DNA of 64,000 nucleotides from Malacoraja senta (GCA_038087875.1 CM075991.1:4154001-4218000), one strand, 5' to 3'. Positions 1 through 13,040 are shown, counted from the stretch's first letter. Program-made: numbers and translations. Notes: generated from the sequence alone by a model not told the origin.

Positions 1-477
1 GTGGGTTTTCTCCGAGATCTTCGGTCTCCTCCCACACTCCAAAGATGTACAGGTTTGTAGGTTAATTGACTTGGGAAAAATGTAAAATTGTCCCTAGTGT
101 GTAGGGTAGTGTCAATGTATGGGGACTGCTGGTCAGCGTGGTCTCGGTGGGCCAAAGGGTATGTTTCCGCACTGTATCTCTAAACTAAACTAAACTACAC
201 TAAACTCTTGGTCCATAGGTTTCGATCACCATGGGTGAAGAATTTTTAAGTAACCTTTGCTCTATAGCCTAAGTGGATAGGAATCAGTAGCAAAGAAAGA
301 GTATCTCTCCATAACACTGTAGCCTTCATATATGAAATACATCGCTGATGATCCAGTTGGCTTAATTCTGATCTTTCTTCACTAATGTTTTCTTTCATAT
401 TTCCACTTTCAGGTTCTGAAAATGTGTTTGACTTGGAACCTCTGTTTCTCTTTCCCTGGATGCTGCCTGACGTTTGA

Positions 478-779
478 CTTTAGACTTTCGAGATACAGCG
501 CAGAAACAGGCCCTTCGGCCCACTGATTCCGCGCCGACTGGTGACCACCACCTGTACACTCGCGCTATCCTACACACACAAAGGACAATTTACAGAAGGC
601 CAATCAACCAACAAGCCTGCACGTCTTTGGAGTGGGGGAGGAAACCGGAGCACCCGGAGAAAACACACTTCGTTAAAGGGAGAATGTACAGACTCTGTGC
701 AGACAGCTCCCATAGTCAGGATCGAACCCGGGTCTCTGGCGCTGTGAGGCCACAACTCTACCGTTGCACCAGCGTGCCC
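478..779 (-). mobile_element. HE1-like tRNA/V-SINE
   Basis: A and B boxes (GGTTCGATCC), V-core GGTGCTCCGGTTTCCTCCC and CR1-like tail GGGCCGAAGGGCCTGTTTC. Confidence 0.88.
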
Positions 780-1944
780 ACCTGCTGAGTGGTTCCACAT
801 CTCAAGTCAAGTCAAGTCAAGAGAGTTTATTGTCATGTGTCCCAGATAAGACAATGAAATTCTTGGTTTCTATTCTCTTTTTATCTCAATTCCAAGTGGC
901 CCTCGTCGATTTTATAGCCATTGAGGGAAGTCCCAAAGATGTGTTGGCTTTGATATGAAAAACTAACTTTATAATATTTCATAATACATTCGGCTAGTCT
1001 CTGCTAATTAGTTTGTACCTATTCCCTTCCCACACAGCCTCTCATTCCATATTTACCTCAACCTGTTATTTTAGGCTTTCCTGTATTCTATTCCTTTCAC
1101 ATTTCTGACTTACATGTAAACCATCCTCACAGAACCTCATTCATTCCTTGTACCTTTTCATACCTTTAGTTTCCCTCTCCCCTGACTCTCAGTCTGACAA
1201 AGGGTCTCGACCTGAAACGTCACCTATTCCCTTTTCTCCAGAGATGCTGCCAGACCCCTGAGTTACTCCAGCATTTGTGTCTGAAGAAGGGTCTTGACCC
1301 AAAACGTCACCTATTCTTTTTCTCCGGAGATGCTGCCTGACTCATTGACTTACTCCAACATTTTGTGCTTATCGAAGTTTAAAAACATTATTTATTGTTT
1401 GGTCGTCATTTCCCATTTTCCCAATAAAATTAAACCTGGGTAGCTGAACAAAACAATTCATCGCCCGCGAGGCAGTACAAGATTTCAAAACATTATTTAT
1501 AGTTTGTAGGCCATTTTTCATTTTCCCAAATAAAATGAATATTAGGTTGCTCCAGAAACCAATCCTTCAGTCACAAGTCAGCATCAAGCTAGATATCTCT
1601 CTGAAGCTGGGGAAATATTCATCAATTTCAAAATCAAAAAAGACTAATTTACATCAAGTAAAAGCGAAAGATTATGACAGAACCAGAATTGAAATGAAGA
1701 TCAAAAACAGAAAATGCTGAAATACTCAGCAGGTAAGGTAGCCTCTGTGGAAGGAGAGACAAGAACCAATGTTTCAGGTCAATGACCCTTCCTCAGGACT
1801 TTTATTGTCAGCATCCCCTTTTGCACCATTCCTCTACACTTAAGATAGACATAAAATGCTGAAGTAACTCAGCGGGTCAGGCAGCATCGCTGGAGAAACG
1901 GAATAGGTGACATTTCGGATTGTAACCCTTCTTCAGGAAGGGTT

Positions 1945-2485
1945 ACTTATCTGAGGAAAGACATTCTTGCCATAGAGGGAGTACAGAGAAGGTTCACCAG
2001 ACTGATTCCTGGGATGGCAGGACTTTCATATGAAGAAAGACTGGATAGACTCGGCTTGTACACGCTAGAATTTAGAAGATTGAGGGGGGATCTTATAGAA
2101 ACTTACAAAATTCTTAAGGGGTTGGACAGGCTAGATGCAGGAAGATTATTCCCGATGTTGGGGAAGTCCAGAACTAGGGGTCACAGTTTAAGGATAAGAG
2201 GGAAGTCTTTTAGGACCGAGATAGAAAATCATTTTTTACACAGAGAGTGGTGAATCTGTGGAATTCTCTGCCACAGAAGGTAGTTGAGGCCAGTTCATTG
2301 GCTATATTTAAGAGGGAGTTAGATGTGGCCCTTGTGGCTAAAGGGATCAGGGGGTATGGAGAGAAGGCTGGTACAGGATACTGAGTTGGATGATCAGCCA
2401 TGATCATATTGAATGGCGGTGCAGGCTCGAAGGGCCGAATGGCCTACTCCTGCACCTATTTTCTATGTTTCTATGTTTCTATGTT
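1945..2485 (+). mobile_element. CR1 (HER1-like) LINE 3' fragment
   Basis: LSYEERLDRLGLYTLEFRRLRGDLIETYKIL...TRGH, the 3' UTR, and a (TTCTATGT)n tail. Confidence 0.9.
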
Positions 2486-4211
2486 TCAGACTCAGAATTT
2501 ACTGAATCTGTATATTCCCTCTCCCCTGATTCTGAAGAATCTGAAGAAGGATCTTGACCTGAAACATCTCAAATTCCTTTTCTCCAGAGATGCCTGCCTG
2601 ACCCGTTGAGTTACTGTTACTCCAGCGTTTTGTGCCAATCTTAGGAGAAATCTGAATATGCTCAGCGCATCAGGCATACCTATCAACCAGTCAGCCCCTT
2701 AAGCAGAGGAATCATCTCGGCAGATAGATACAAAAAGCGAGAGTAACGCAGCGGCTCAGGCAGCATCTCTGGAGAAAGGGAACAGGTGACATTTGGGGTC
2801 GAGACCCTTCTTCAAACCCAAAACGACACCTCTTCTTTTTCTCCAGCATTACTCCAGCATTCTGTGTCTATCTTCAGTGTAAACCAGCATCTGCAGTTCC
2901 TTCCTACACATTTGGTTTCCACCAGGCTTAACCTGTTCCAGATGTTGTTAAAGCCAGCTGTGCCACCACACCTCCTTTCCCTTTCTGCAGTCAGCCCTGT
3001 AAACACAGCAGACACTTGCAACACATGGAAACAAACTCAATAAAACGTTCACAGAGCCAGCCAGACAAACCCAATGAAACTGCAGCTGAAGAACTGTTTG
3101 ACCCTTTGTCCTTCATTACCCGCTGAAGCAAAAGAGCATCAAGGGAAGCTCTTTCAAGGACAAAATTCAGAAGGAAAGAGTAATTAATGCTGCTCTTTTA
3201 GTTCAGAGATCCAGCGCGGAAACAGGCCCTTCGGCCCATCGAGTCCGCATCAACCAGCGATCCCCGCACATTAACACTATCCTACACACACTAGGGGACA
3301 ATTTACATTTATACCAAATCCAATTAATCTACAAACCTGTCCGCCTTTGGAGTGTGGGAGGAAACCGAAGATCTCAGAACAGACCCACGCACGTCACGGG
3401 GAACAACGTGCAAACTCCGTACAGACAGCACTGGTAGTCAGGATCAAACTGGGGTCTCTGGCGCTGTAAAGCAGCAACTTTACCACTGCACCACCTTATC
3501 TTCAAACCCTGGCTCCCAGAGTAACGACCATCAACTTGACTAAGCAGTCGCACCGCACTGAAATTCCTCTATCCAAGTACAAAGTTGCCAAGCTGCAAGA
3601 TGCCAACTGGTCCATTGAGTTTGTTCCACACTCCTGATAGCTGGGGCTATCTTTGCCTCTCTCCTCATTCCTCTGCAGCCATTTTATCTCTTAGGAGAGT
3701 CAAATCTTCAAGGCATTAAACATCGTAAATGCTAAAGAACTCATCATATTTGCACTTTCTTACAGCAGAGGTCGTTCGGCCCATCAAGTCTATGCCAGCA
3801 ATCTCATTAGCCTCAATTCCCACATCCATTTCTGTTCAATCTCCCCTTTGTTACCATGCCCAGCCATACCCCAATACTGTTACCCACATCGGAGTGAGTG
3901 GTTTCCATTGCAGGAGTGGGTTTCTGAAGGTAAATCTGACGAGATGATGAATTATAGGGCAGGAGACTCACAGGAGGAACATGAATTAATCTATTTTTTG
4001 AAGACTACAGATGTTGGAAACCTGAAATGAAAAAAACAGAAAACAGTGGAAACAGTCGACAGGTTAGACAGCAACTTGGAAAGAGAAACAGAATTAATAT
4101 TTCAGATCCAAGACCTTTTATCAAATGGGGAAAGGGAACAAGGTGCCACAGTACAAACACCATACAAACAGCACCCGTAGTCAGGATCGTACCTGGGTCT
4201 CTGGTGTGTCA

Positions 4212-4815
4212 AGGGCCTGTCCCACTTGGCCATCATTTGCGCGCCATTTACACGACCTGGTAGTGTGTGGGTAGCGTGTGGGTAGCGCGGGACGAGCGCA
4301 TGGAGTGGTGTGGAGGAGTGTGGAGTTGCGCGCGGTATCGCGCAGCGCGCCAGGAATCCGTCCTGTACGAAATCTTCGCGCGCCACCGGCCTGTCGCGTA
4401 AATGACGGCCAAGTGGGACGCCCTGGCGCGGCGCAACGTTTCACCTCCAACAGCAGCAGAAGCAGGCAAGCGATCTCCGAGCTCGACCTGGGGTTCACGG
4501 CTGTTGCGGATCCGAATTCGCCCCCACTCCTACTCCCAGAGTGGGGCCAAGACGATTGGAGATAGACACAAAATGCAGGAGTAACTCAGCGGGACCCGCA
4601 GCATCTCTGGAGAGAAGGAATGGGTGACGTTTCGGGTCGAGACGCTTCTTCAGACCCTTCTTCGTCCCGCTGAGTTACTCCTGCATTTTGTGTCCATCTT
4701 CAAATGACGTCACGCGCTCCAGACGGCTGTGCGAACGCATGATGACGCGCGCGACCGTCGCGCGTCAGTCACTACCGGCCTGTCGCGTAAATGACAGCCA
4801 AGTGGGACGGGCCCT
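4212..4815. mobile_element. PIF/Harbinger-type MITE with an internal Penelope-derived hairpin, inserted in a V-SINE
   Basis: TIRs AGGGCCTGTCCCACTTGGC / GCCAAGTGGGACGGGCCCT. Flanks TCA/TAA at the SINE's GTAAGGC site. Confidence 0.85.
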
Positions 4816-4821
4816 TAAGGC

Positions 4822-5555
4822 ATTTTATCGGGATGCACCACAGCTTGGTTTGGGAACAGCTCCATCCAAGACCGCGAGAAATTGCAGAGAATTGTGGACG
4901 CAGCCCAGACCATCACACAAACCAACCTCCCTTCCATTGATTCCATCTACACTTCAAGTTGCCTTGGCAAAAATCAAGGATCAGTCTCACTCCCTCTTCT
5001 CCCCTCTCCCATCAGGCAAGAGGTACAGAAGTGCGAAAACGCACACCTCCAGATTCAGGGACAGTTTCTTCCCAGCAGTTATCAGGCAACTGAACCGTCC
5101 TATGACCAACCAGAGATTTCCCATCTACCTCATTGTAGACCTCTTATCTTTAATCGGACCTTGGGCGTTCCAACGCCAGCGTGTGGAGATGGGGGCTCCG
5201 CCAGAGCCCAGCCTGTGAATGCGGAGCAGAAGAACAGACAGCCAACCACGTCATCTCTGGGTGCCCGCTCTACCACCCACCAAATGGAGCTCAGGGCCTG
5301 GCAGACATTGACGCCAACAGAGACAACAACCTGGCTGCTCAACACCCGGCTTGAGATCTAACTATTCCTTTGGTTTAGGAAGAAGGAGAAGAATCTTACT
5401 GGACTATCTTGCTCTAAACATTATTCCATTGATTGTGTATCTGTACACTGTGGACAGCTTGTTTGTAATCGTGTTGTATTTTCATTGATTTTCACTGCAC
5501 CTTGGTGATGATAAACTAAATTAAACTTCAAAAAAAAAAAAAAAAAAAAAAAAAA
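4822..5555 (+). mobile_element. Rex1/Babar LINE 3' fragment with a 26-nt poly-A tail
   Basis: LQRIVDAAQTIT...LPSGKRYRS...FRDSFFPAVIRQLN, a TAAAC-type tail, and an A-run at 5530-5555. Confidence 0.8.
5161..5393 (+). mobile_element. I-group (Vingi/Ingi-like) LINE 3' fragment nested in a Rex1 3' UTR
   Basis: Frame from 5163 reads WRWGLRQSPACECGAEEQTANHVISGCP (CCHC knuckle). After a frameshift it ends WLLNTRLEI*, followed by a (GAA)-rich tail. Confidence 0.65.
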
Positions 5556-6649
5556 GAGTGGGGCCAAGACGATTGGAGATAGACACAAAATGCAGGAGTA
5601 ACTCAGCGGGACCCACAGCATCTCTGGAGAGAAGGAATGGGTGACGTTTCGGGTCGAGACGCTTCTTCAGACCCTTCTTCGTCCCGCTGAGTTACTCCTG
5701 CATTTTGTGTCTATCTTCAAATGACGTCACGCGCTCCTGTCGCGTAAATGACGGCCAAGTGGGACAGGCCCTTAAGGCGACAACCAACCGCTGCTCCACT
5801 GTCCCTCCCAGGTAGTTTAGCTCTCAGGATCTCAGGCACGTGCAAGCTTCAGCACTGCACCAAGATGGTGATCCTTGGAAACTCTGCAACCCACCACGCC
5901 TCACCCCAGCCAGCGAGTTCTAAACTCTCTCTATTGATTAAACCTTCTTTCTGCATCTCCCCCGATACCCCCCTCCCCCCCTCCCAACCTCACCCAGAGC
6001 TTTAAGTGAGATTCCTTATTATTTCCAAAACCGCAGGGAATATTGTCACACTGCATTCCATTGAGTTGCATAAACCTGTTTGAGTAATACAAAGCACAAC
6101 TGTGACCACTCCACATCCACATCCACAGACACTTTTTAATTGCTTCCATGACAAGAAAGAAAACTGATTTATTTGTTTAATTTACTTTCGCCTTCCAGTG
6201 AGACGAACTCTCGAAGCAAGAACAAACTACTTATATTTATCCTGAGTCCGATGCCAGAAATTCAAAGCAATGCTTTTCTATCTTCGGTGAACGGTATCTT
6301 ATATATTTTTGACACTGTGTGGCAACTGTTGGGACTGGTGCTAATACAGTTTTTAAAAAAAGACATTGTTTTGCGTGAATTCAGGTTGTGGACATGTTCA
6401 TAGATGTGTTCGCAAGGGTGTAAACTGAGTGCAAAAATAGAGATCCATTAAAGTGGAAAAGTTTCCAAACTAAGTATGCAATTCAAATGCGATCCTTATG
6501 CAGGGTCTCGAGTAGAAATGTTGACCATCCCTCTGCCACCACAGAGGCTGGTGAGCCCATTGCGTTGTAGAGACATAGAGTCATACAGTGTGTAAACAGG
6601 CCCTTCAGCCCAACTTGCCCATGCTGACCTACATGCCCCTGCAACATTA

Positions 6650-6980
6650 CCGCATCGCAATGGGCTAAGTGTTCGGCTGGCAACCGGAAGGTAGCCGGTT
6701 CGAATCCCGCTTGGAGTGCATACTGTCGTTGTGACCTTGGGCAAGACACTTCACCCACCTTTGCCTGCGTGTGAATGTGTGTGAGTGATTGGTGGCGGTC
6801 GGAGGGGCCGTAGGCGCAGATTAGCAGCCACGCTTCCGTCAGTCTGCCCCAGGGCAGCTGTGGCTACAGAAGTAGCTCACCACCACCGAGTGTGACTGAG
6901 GAGTGAATGAATAATGCGATGTAAAGCGCCTTGAGTATTAGAAAGGCGCTATATAAATCCCATCCATTATTATTATTATT
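6650..6980 (+). mobile_element. tRNA-derived CORE-SINE with an L2-type tail (AFC-like)
   Basis: B box GGTTCGAATCC, core GTGACCTTGGGCAAGACACTTCACC, tail TGTAAAGCGCCTTGAG...AAAGGCGCTATATAAAT and (ATT)n. Confidence 0.8.
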
Positions 6981-7152
6981 ATGTACCTAGGTACAGTAAA
7001 GCTTTTCACTGTATGTCGGTACATGTGACAATAAACTAACTAACTAACCGCACTAGTCCCACCTGCCTGCGTTTGGCCCATATCCTTCAAAACCTATCCT
7101 GTCCATTGTATCCTTCCATACATTACGATAGTACCTCAACCTGAAATGTTAA

Positions 7153-7712
7153 AGGGGCTGTCCCACTTGGGCGACCTAATCCGCGAATTCTGGCGAGTTT
7201 GCCCTCGACTCATACTCGCTGCATGGTCGACACGAGGTCATGGAAGGTCTTTGTAACTCTCCTTCATGCTCGAGAGTAGTCCCGTGTACTCGAGGCCTCA
7301 GCTACGTGGTGGCGTATTTTTCAACATGTTGAAAAATGCCCGCGAGTAAAAAAAGGTCACCATGGAAAAAGACGATGCTTTTTTTACTAGGTTTAGTCGT
7401 AGTAGGTCATAGTAGGTTGGCATGTTAGTCGTAGGTAATCGAGGGTAGTCGAAGGTAATCGAAGGTAGTTGAAGGTAGTCGTAGACATTCATTATCATAG
7501 TCAAAGGGAGGTCGAAGGGAGGTCGAAGGAGATCGAAGGAGGTCGTCATCACTCTCCACTATTCGGTGTCCAATTTTCCCGAAGTTACTTGTAGCTAGTC
7601 GAAGCTGGTCTTCAACATAGTCGAAGGAGGTCAAAGGAGGTCTTCTACATAGTCAAACTCTCCTAAACTCTTCTAAACTCGCCAATTAGGTCGCCCAAGT
7701 GGGACAGCCCCT
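7153..7712. mobile_element. PIF/Harbinger-type MITE
   Basis: TIR AGGGGCTGTCCCACTTGGGCGACCTAAT, perfect TAA TSD, internal (GTCGWAG)-like repeats. Confidence 0.9.
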
Positions 7713-8591
7713 TAACTGTTTCTCTCTCCACTGATGCTGCCTGACCTGCTGAGCGTTTTCAGCCTTTTCTATTTCTATTTCAAATTTCCAACATCTGCTA
7801 TTTTTCTTTGTGATTTTCAGTGAATGTGTTCAATGCTAATCTGGAAAAAAAAAGAGCAATCATCTTTTTCCAAACAACCTCGGCCATCTGCGAGAGATTA
7901 ATGTACTGCAGTTTCTGCTCATACTTTGCACACCATATCAGTGAGTTTTGAGATGCATAATCCCTTTGATTCTGTGACTGTGTCTCTGGTCTGAATATGA
8001 ATATGATTTTGTTGAGAGAACATAGCTAGCGCAAGAACAGGCCATTTGGCCCACAATGTCTGTGTTGAACATGATGCCAAGACAAAATATCTTATCCTGT
8101 ACGCCACATAATCCATATCCATCCATTCGCTGCAAATACACATGCCTCTCCGCAAGTGCCATAAATGCCCCGATCATATCTGCCTCAACCACTACCCACT
8201 GACAACAGATTCCAGGCACAAACCATCCTCTAACTAAAGAACTTGCCCCGCACACCTCCTTTAAACGTTACCCCTCTCACCTTAAAGCTATGCCCTCTAG
8301 TATTTAATTTTCCCATCCTGGGAAAGATGTTCTGGCTGTCCAGGCTATCTATACTCTCATCATTTTATATACTTCCATCAGGCAACCTCTGGCACTCCAG
8401 GAAAACAATCCAAGTCTGGCAACCTTTCCCTGTAGCTGATTCCCCTTAATTCAGGCACCATTCGGTTGAAACCTCCTCTGCATCCTTTCCAAAGCCTCCA
8501 CATCCTTCCTGTAATGGGGTGACCATAACTGCACAAGACTCCAAATGTTCCCTGACAAAGTCCTATGAAGCTGCATCATGATTTCCTGACC

Positions 8592-8880
8592 TGGCACAGC
8601 GGTAGAGTTGCTGCCCCACATCGCCAGGGACTCGGGTTCGATCCTGTCCGCAGGTGCCGTCTGTACGGAGTTTGTACATTCTCCCCGTGACCTGCATTGG
8701 TTTTCTCCGGGAGCTCCAGTTTCCTCCTGCGCTCCAAAAAACAATTGGCTTGGTAAAAATTGTAAATTGCCCCTAGTGTGTGCAGGATAGTGCTAGTATG
8801 TAGTGATTGCTGGATGGCACAGACTCGGTGGGCCGAAGGGCATGTTTCTGCCCTGTATCACTAAACTAAACTAAACTCAA
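8592..8880 (+). mobile_element. HE1-like tRNA/V-SINE. Other copies at about 1-200, 3198-3495, 12525-13225, 21270-21710, 23905-24540, 29930-30170, 37535-37840, 43980-44240, 45535-45840, 47242-47550, 53190-53500 and 54262-54570.
   Basis: Same head, core and tail organisation ending in (TAAAC)n. Confidence 0.88.
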
Positions 8881-10259
8881 CTAAGCTTATAATCAATACC
8901 CTGACTGATGAAGGCAAGCATACCATATGCTGCAATGATGAGACACTACTGGCCTTTGCAAGTTGTTCCAAAGTTGTCTTTGCGGAATGATCTTTGAAGT
9001 CTACATAACCTTGATATCCAGACTCACTGATTCCGGGATCACAGATGTCCATTTATTTTTTTCCCTCTGTGGAATAATGTTGGCATCGCAAATAATGGTG
9101 CCATGAATTAACAGAACTGGGCGTTCTGGCAGCACCTGTTCCCCTAATGTGGGGAGCACGAAGGGCGAGATAACTCAATCATTCAACGATACTTCATTGT
9201 CACATTACAGCCCGGTTAAATCATACAGCAGACCAGACGTACAGCAGTGCACAAACGTTGCCACGTTTCTGGCCGACAAAGTTACAGAAGTTCACCCGAC
9301 AGTCCTATCTACTGCCTGCCACCACACATGGTCCCACGCTGGATTCCTCTTCGATCTTGGCGAACCCTGCCCCACCCCCTGCCGGGTCCCTTTCTTCCTT
9401 TAGAGAACAGGGTAGAGAGTGAAACCACCTCATAGAGTCACACAGCATGGAAACAAGCCCTTCGGCTCAAATAGCCCTTGCCACCCTATATGCCCCATCT
9501 ACACTAGTCCCACCTGCCCCACATTTAGCCCATATCCCTCTAAACATTTCCTATCCATGTACCTGTGTTACATGTACCACATGTCTTTTAAGTGATGTTA
9601 TAGAACCTGCCTCAACTACCCCCTCCCGTTCCACTGCCTCCTCTCGTTCCACCGTGTGAGGGTGCATCTGGTGGAGCTGCTCCCTCACGGCTCCTGTGAC
9701 CCCGGTTCAATCCTGACCTCTGCCACAACTTGCGTTGAGTTTGCATGTTCTCCCCGTGACTGCACGCATTTCCCTTCGATGCTCCAGCTTCCTGCTGTAA
9801 TCATAAAGATGTACAAATTAGCGGATTATTTAATCATTGCGTCGGTGAGTGGCAGTGTGGGAGGAATTACTGGGAATGCAAGGGTAATAAAATGGGATTA
9901 GTGTTGCATTAATGTAACTGGGTGCTTGGTGGTCAGCACAGAGCCAGTGGGTTGGGCCTCTTTGCCTGCTTCATGTTCATAAATTCATAAGTGATAGGAG
10001 CATAATTAGGCCATTCGGCCCATCAAGTCTACTTCGCCATTCAATCACAGCTGATCAATCTTTCCCTCTCAACCCCAATCTCCTGCCTTCTCCCCATAAC
10101 ATGGCTGATCATCCATAACTGAGTTGGATGATCAGCCATGATCATATTGAATGGCGGTGCAGGCTCGAAGGGCCGAATGGCCTACTCCTGCACCTATTTT
10201 CTATGTATCTATCTAACCCCTGACACCCACACCAATCAAGAATCTATCTATCTCTGCCT

Positions 10260-10632
10260 TAAGATTGTTAAGGGTTTGGACACGCTAGATAGAGGCAGGA
10301 AACATGTTCCCGATGTTGGGGGAGTCCAGAACCAGGGGCCACAGTTTAAGAATAAGGAGTAAGCCATTTAGAACGGAGACGAGGAAACACTTTTTCTCAC
10401 AGAGAGTGGTGAGTCTGTGGAATTCTCTGCCTCAGAGGATGGTGGAGGCGGGTTCCCTGGATGCTTTAAAGAGAGAGCTAGATAGGGCTCTTAAAAATAG
10501 CGGAGTCAGGGGATATGGGGAGAAGGCAGGAACGGGGTATTGATTGGGGATGATCAGCCATGATCACATTGAATGGCGGTGCTGGCTTGAAGGGCCGAAT
10601 GGCCTACTCCAGCACCTATTGTCTATTGTCTA
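10260..10632 (+). mobile_element. CR1 LINE 3' fragment. Many older CR1 remnants also at about 8020-8580, 16040-16500, 22025-22360, 31460-32130, 33100-33650 and 39550-40930.
   Basis: ORF 10304-10543 (TRGHSLRI...FSQRVVSLWNSLP) with the CR1 3' UTR. Confidence 0.85.
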
Positions 10633-10813
10633 TCAAAAATATCTATTGACTTGGCCTCCACAACCCTTTGTGGCAGTGAATTCCACAGATTCACCACCCT
10701 CTCAGCCTGCTGTTTAACTCTAAGTTATTCTTGGACAGTTCTTGTTCAGACGACCAAGCCTTTTGATACCAAGCCGGGATTTTTGGCTGTGTGACAATTG
10801 CATGACAGTGTGA

Positions 10814-10900
10814 TGGCCCTGTCCCACGGGCAGGCGGTTACTGGCGGTGTAGCAGGAAGTTGGGACCGCGCGTGGACCGCCTGCCCGTGGGACAGGGCCT
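10814..10900. mobile_element. 87-bp minimal Harbinger-type MITE
   Basis: Perfect 24-bp TIR GGCCCTGTCCCACGGGCAGGCGGT with TGA on both sides. Confidence 0.85.
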
Positions 10901-11761
10901 TGAGTGCTTTGAAGAAGGCATTGACTGGCAAAATGCATCCTGAGCAAAATCATTATCAGGCCCAGCTCACCTCAGCATTCTTTGCGAGGGTATGTCTTGC
11001 CCGCTTGCTTCTGCATGTGGTCGCCTGGCAACGAAACGAACAAGGAACATCCAAGTTCATAAAATTTCCCACAATAGATCTGAAAGTAATGGAAACAGTT
11101 TGGAGGGAAGCAAAAGAACCACTTCTACATATTTGGCCCAGAGATCTGTGCAGAAGGCACTGAAGCCAAATCAATATTTTTATATTAATGGCATATTTGT
11201 GTGCAAAGGAATTGGAACGAAAAGTCCTTGGTCATAAGTCACTGGGAGAAAAGTCAGGTAAGTGAGCAGAGCAGAACCGTTGAAACTCTGGAATTAAAAT
11301 TCGGTTTGACTTTGGACTTTAGAAACTTTAGAGATACAGCACAGAGACAGGGCCTTCATCCCATCTAGTCCATGCTGACCAGCGATCACCCCTGTGCACC
11401 AACACTATCCTACACACTAGGAACAATTTACAATTTTACCAAAGCCAATTAAGTGACAAACCTGGACGTCTTTGGAATGTGGGAGGAAACCGGAGCACCC
11501 GGAGAAAACCCATAAGGTCACAGGGAGAACGTACAAACTCCGTTCAGTGTGAGGGGGAAAGTTTAAATGAGATGAGCGGGGAAAGTTCTTTTTACACCAA
11601 GATCGGCAATGCCTGGACCTGCTGCCAAGAGTATTGGAAATAGATATGATAGTGGTGTTTAAGAGGCTTTTAGATAGGCGCATGGATATAGTATACTCAC
11701 CTTAAACCTATGTCCTCTGGTTTCTCGACTACCCTACTCTGGGTGAAAGACTGCGTGTGTT

Positions 11762-12221
11762 TTTTTAATGTTTAAACATTTAAAAAAAAAATTTATTAGA
11801 AGTAAGTACAATTGTATACAATCATATTGTCATAATACATTTTATGTACAGCTTCATATTTAAATTTTTTTTATAATAAGGAAGAAAAAGAAAAAGAAGT
11901 TAGATAATGAAAAATAGAAAAATGTGAGATATATAGTGTGTGGAAAAGAAAAATAGAGAGTGAAAGAAGAAAGTTAAAGAATAGAAAATAGGAAAAAGAG
12001 AATAAAAGAAGAAAAGGGAAGAAAAAGAAAAAAGAAGTAAAGAGATCTTATTTATAATCTTGAGCATCCCTCGCCCAGTCACGAGTTAGCTTTTACAATT
12101 ATGTTGCACCATATGATTCCAAAAAGACGACAAATGGAGACCAACTCATTGTGAATTGGTCAAATTTATCTATTAGGAGGAATCGCATTTCCTCAAGATG
12201 TGCGGTGTCCAACATACTTGC
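11762..12221 (-). mobile_element. Short 3' fragment of an L1 LINE with 14-bp TSD
   Basis: AGACTGCGTGTGTT at 11748-11761 and 12222-12235. ORF2 end (HLEEMRFLL...WSPF) and 3' end (CTTCTAATAAA) resemble the 56-59 kb L1. Confidence 0.85.
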
Positions 12222-12651
12222 AGACTGCGTGTGTTGAGGACATTAAGCTGAGGACATCTCAACCTCCTCCTCAGCCCAGTGCTGCCTCTTTCCAGTCAGA
12301 TACACGATAGGCTTGGATAAACCACAACCCAAATTTGGGAGACTGAAGAAGGGTCTTGACCCGAGACGTCACCTATTCCATTTATCCAGAGATGCTGCCT
12401 GATCCACTGAGGTACTCCAAGCATTTTGTGTCTCTCTTGGGAAAAGCAACGGTATTTTCCAAACAAAACATCATTGCTTCAGTTCAGTCTTAACCCTCTG
12501 ACTTAAATACAGTTTTGTTTTTTCAGTTTAGAGACCCAGTGCGGAAACAGGCCCTTTGGCCCACAGAGTCCGCGACAACCAGCGATCCCTGTACACGAGC
12601 ACTACCCTACACACTTTTTAAACTAATTTACTAATTCACACTAATTTACAA

Positions 12652-13040
12652 TTTTTTACCGGTGTGAAAGATACATCTTCTAGATGCGCTGGGACGCATC
12701 CTCAGTGATGTGATCTGGGGTCATCGGGTGTTTCGGGTCTCACAACATCAGACACCCTCGCCCAGGCGACCCAGCCGGGGTTGATCAGGCCCCGACTTGT
12801 GTCCCAACAGCAACCGCCCACGGATCAGCCCTCTTAATCCAAAGCCACCTGGTGGCTTTCTCTGCGGCTTCGCTTGCGGATTGAATGGCCCTCTTCTTTG
12901 CCAGCCCCGTAATGCCCAACTGGTTGAGGACTTTGCAGAGTCTCTACAGCCCACCTCTATGGGCTCATAGTATGTCTTCCAGCCGCTGTCCTGGCACATC
13001 TCCAGCAGTTCCTGGTACTTTGCGCGTTCCCTCTCATTAG
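12652..13040 (-). mobile_element. Hero-clade (R2-group, restriction-like endonuclease) non-LTR retrotransposon 3' fragment inserted into a V-SINE
   Basis: ANERERAKYQEL...EPIEVGCR then, after a frameshift, AAEKATRWLWIKRADPW. The SINE halves resume on both sides. Confidence 0.8.

Noticed and set aside
8592..8665. tRNA gene-like A and B boxes, in many copies
   Set aside because: These are SINE heads that run into the V-core and CR1 tail, with no complete cloverleaf.
11189..11263. Possible coding exon MAYLCAKELERKVLGHKSLGEKS ending at CAG|GTAAGT
   Set aside because: The donor is strong, but I found no convincing acceptor, partner exon or recognisable protein. RNA-seq would be needed.
12720..12765. 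Hammerhead-like CTGATG...GAAAC in the Hero 3' UTR
   Set aside because: It reads CUGAUGU rather than CUGANGA, and it lacks a proper stem II and cleavage-site geometry.
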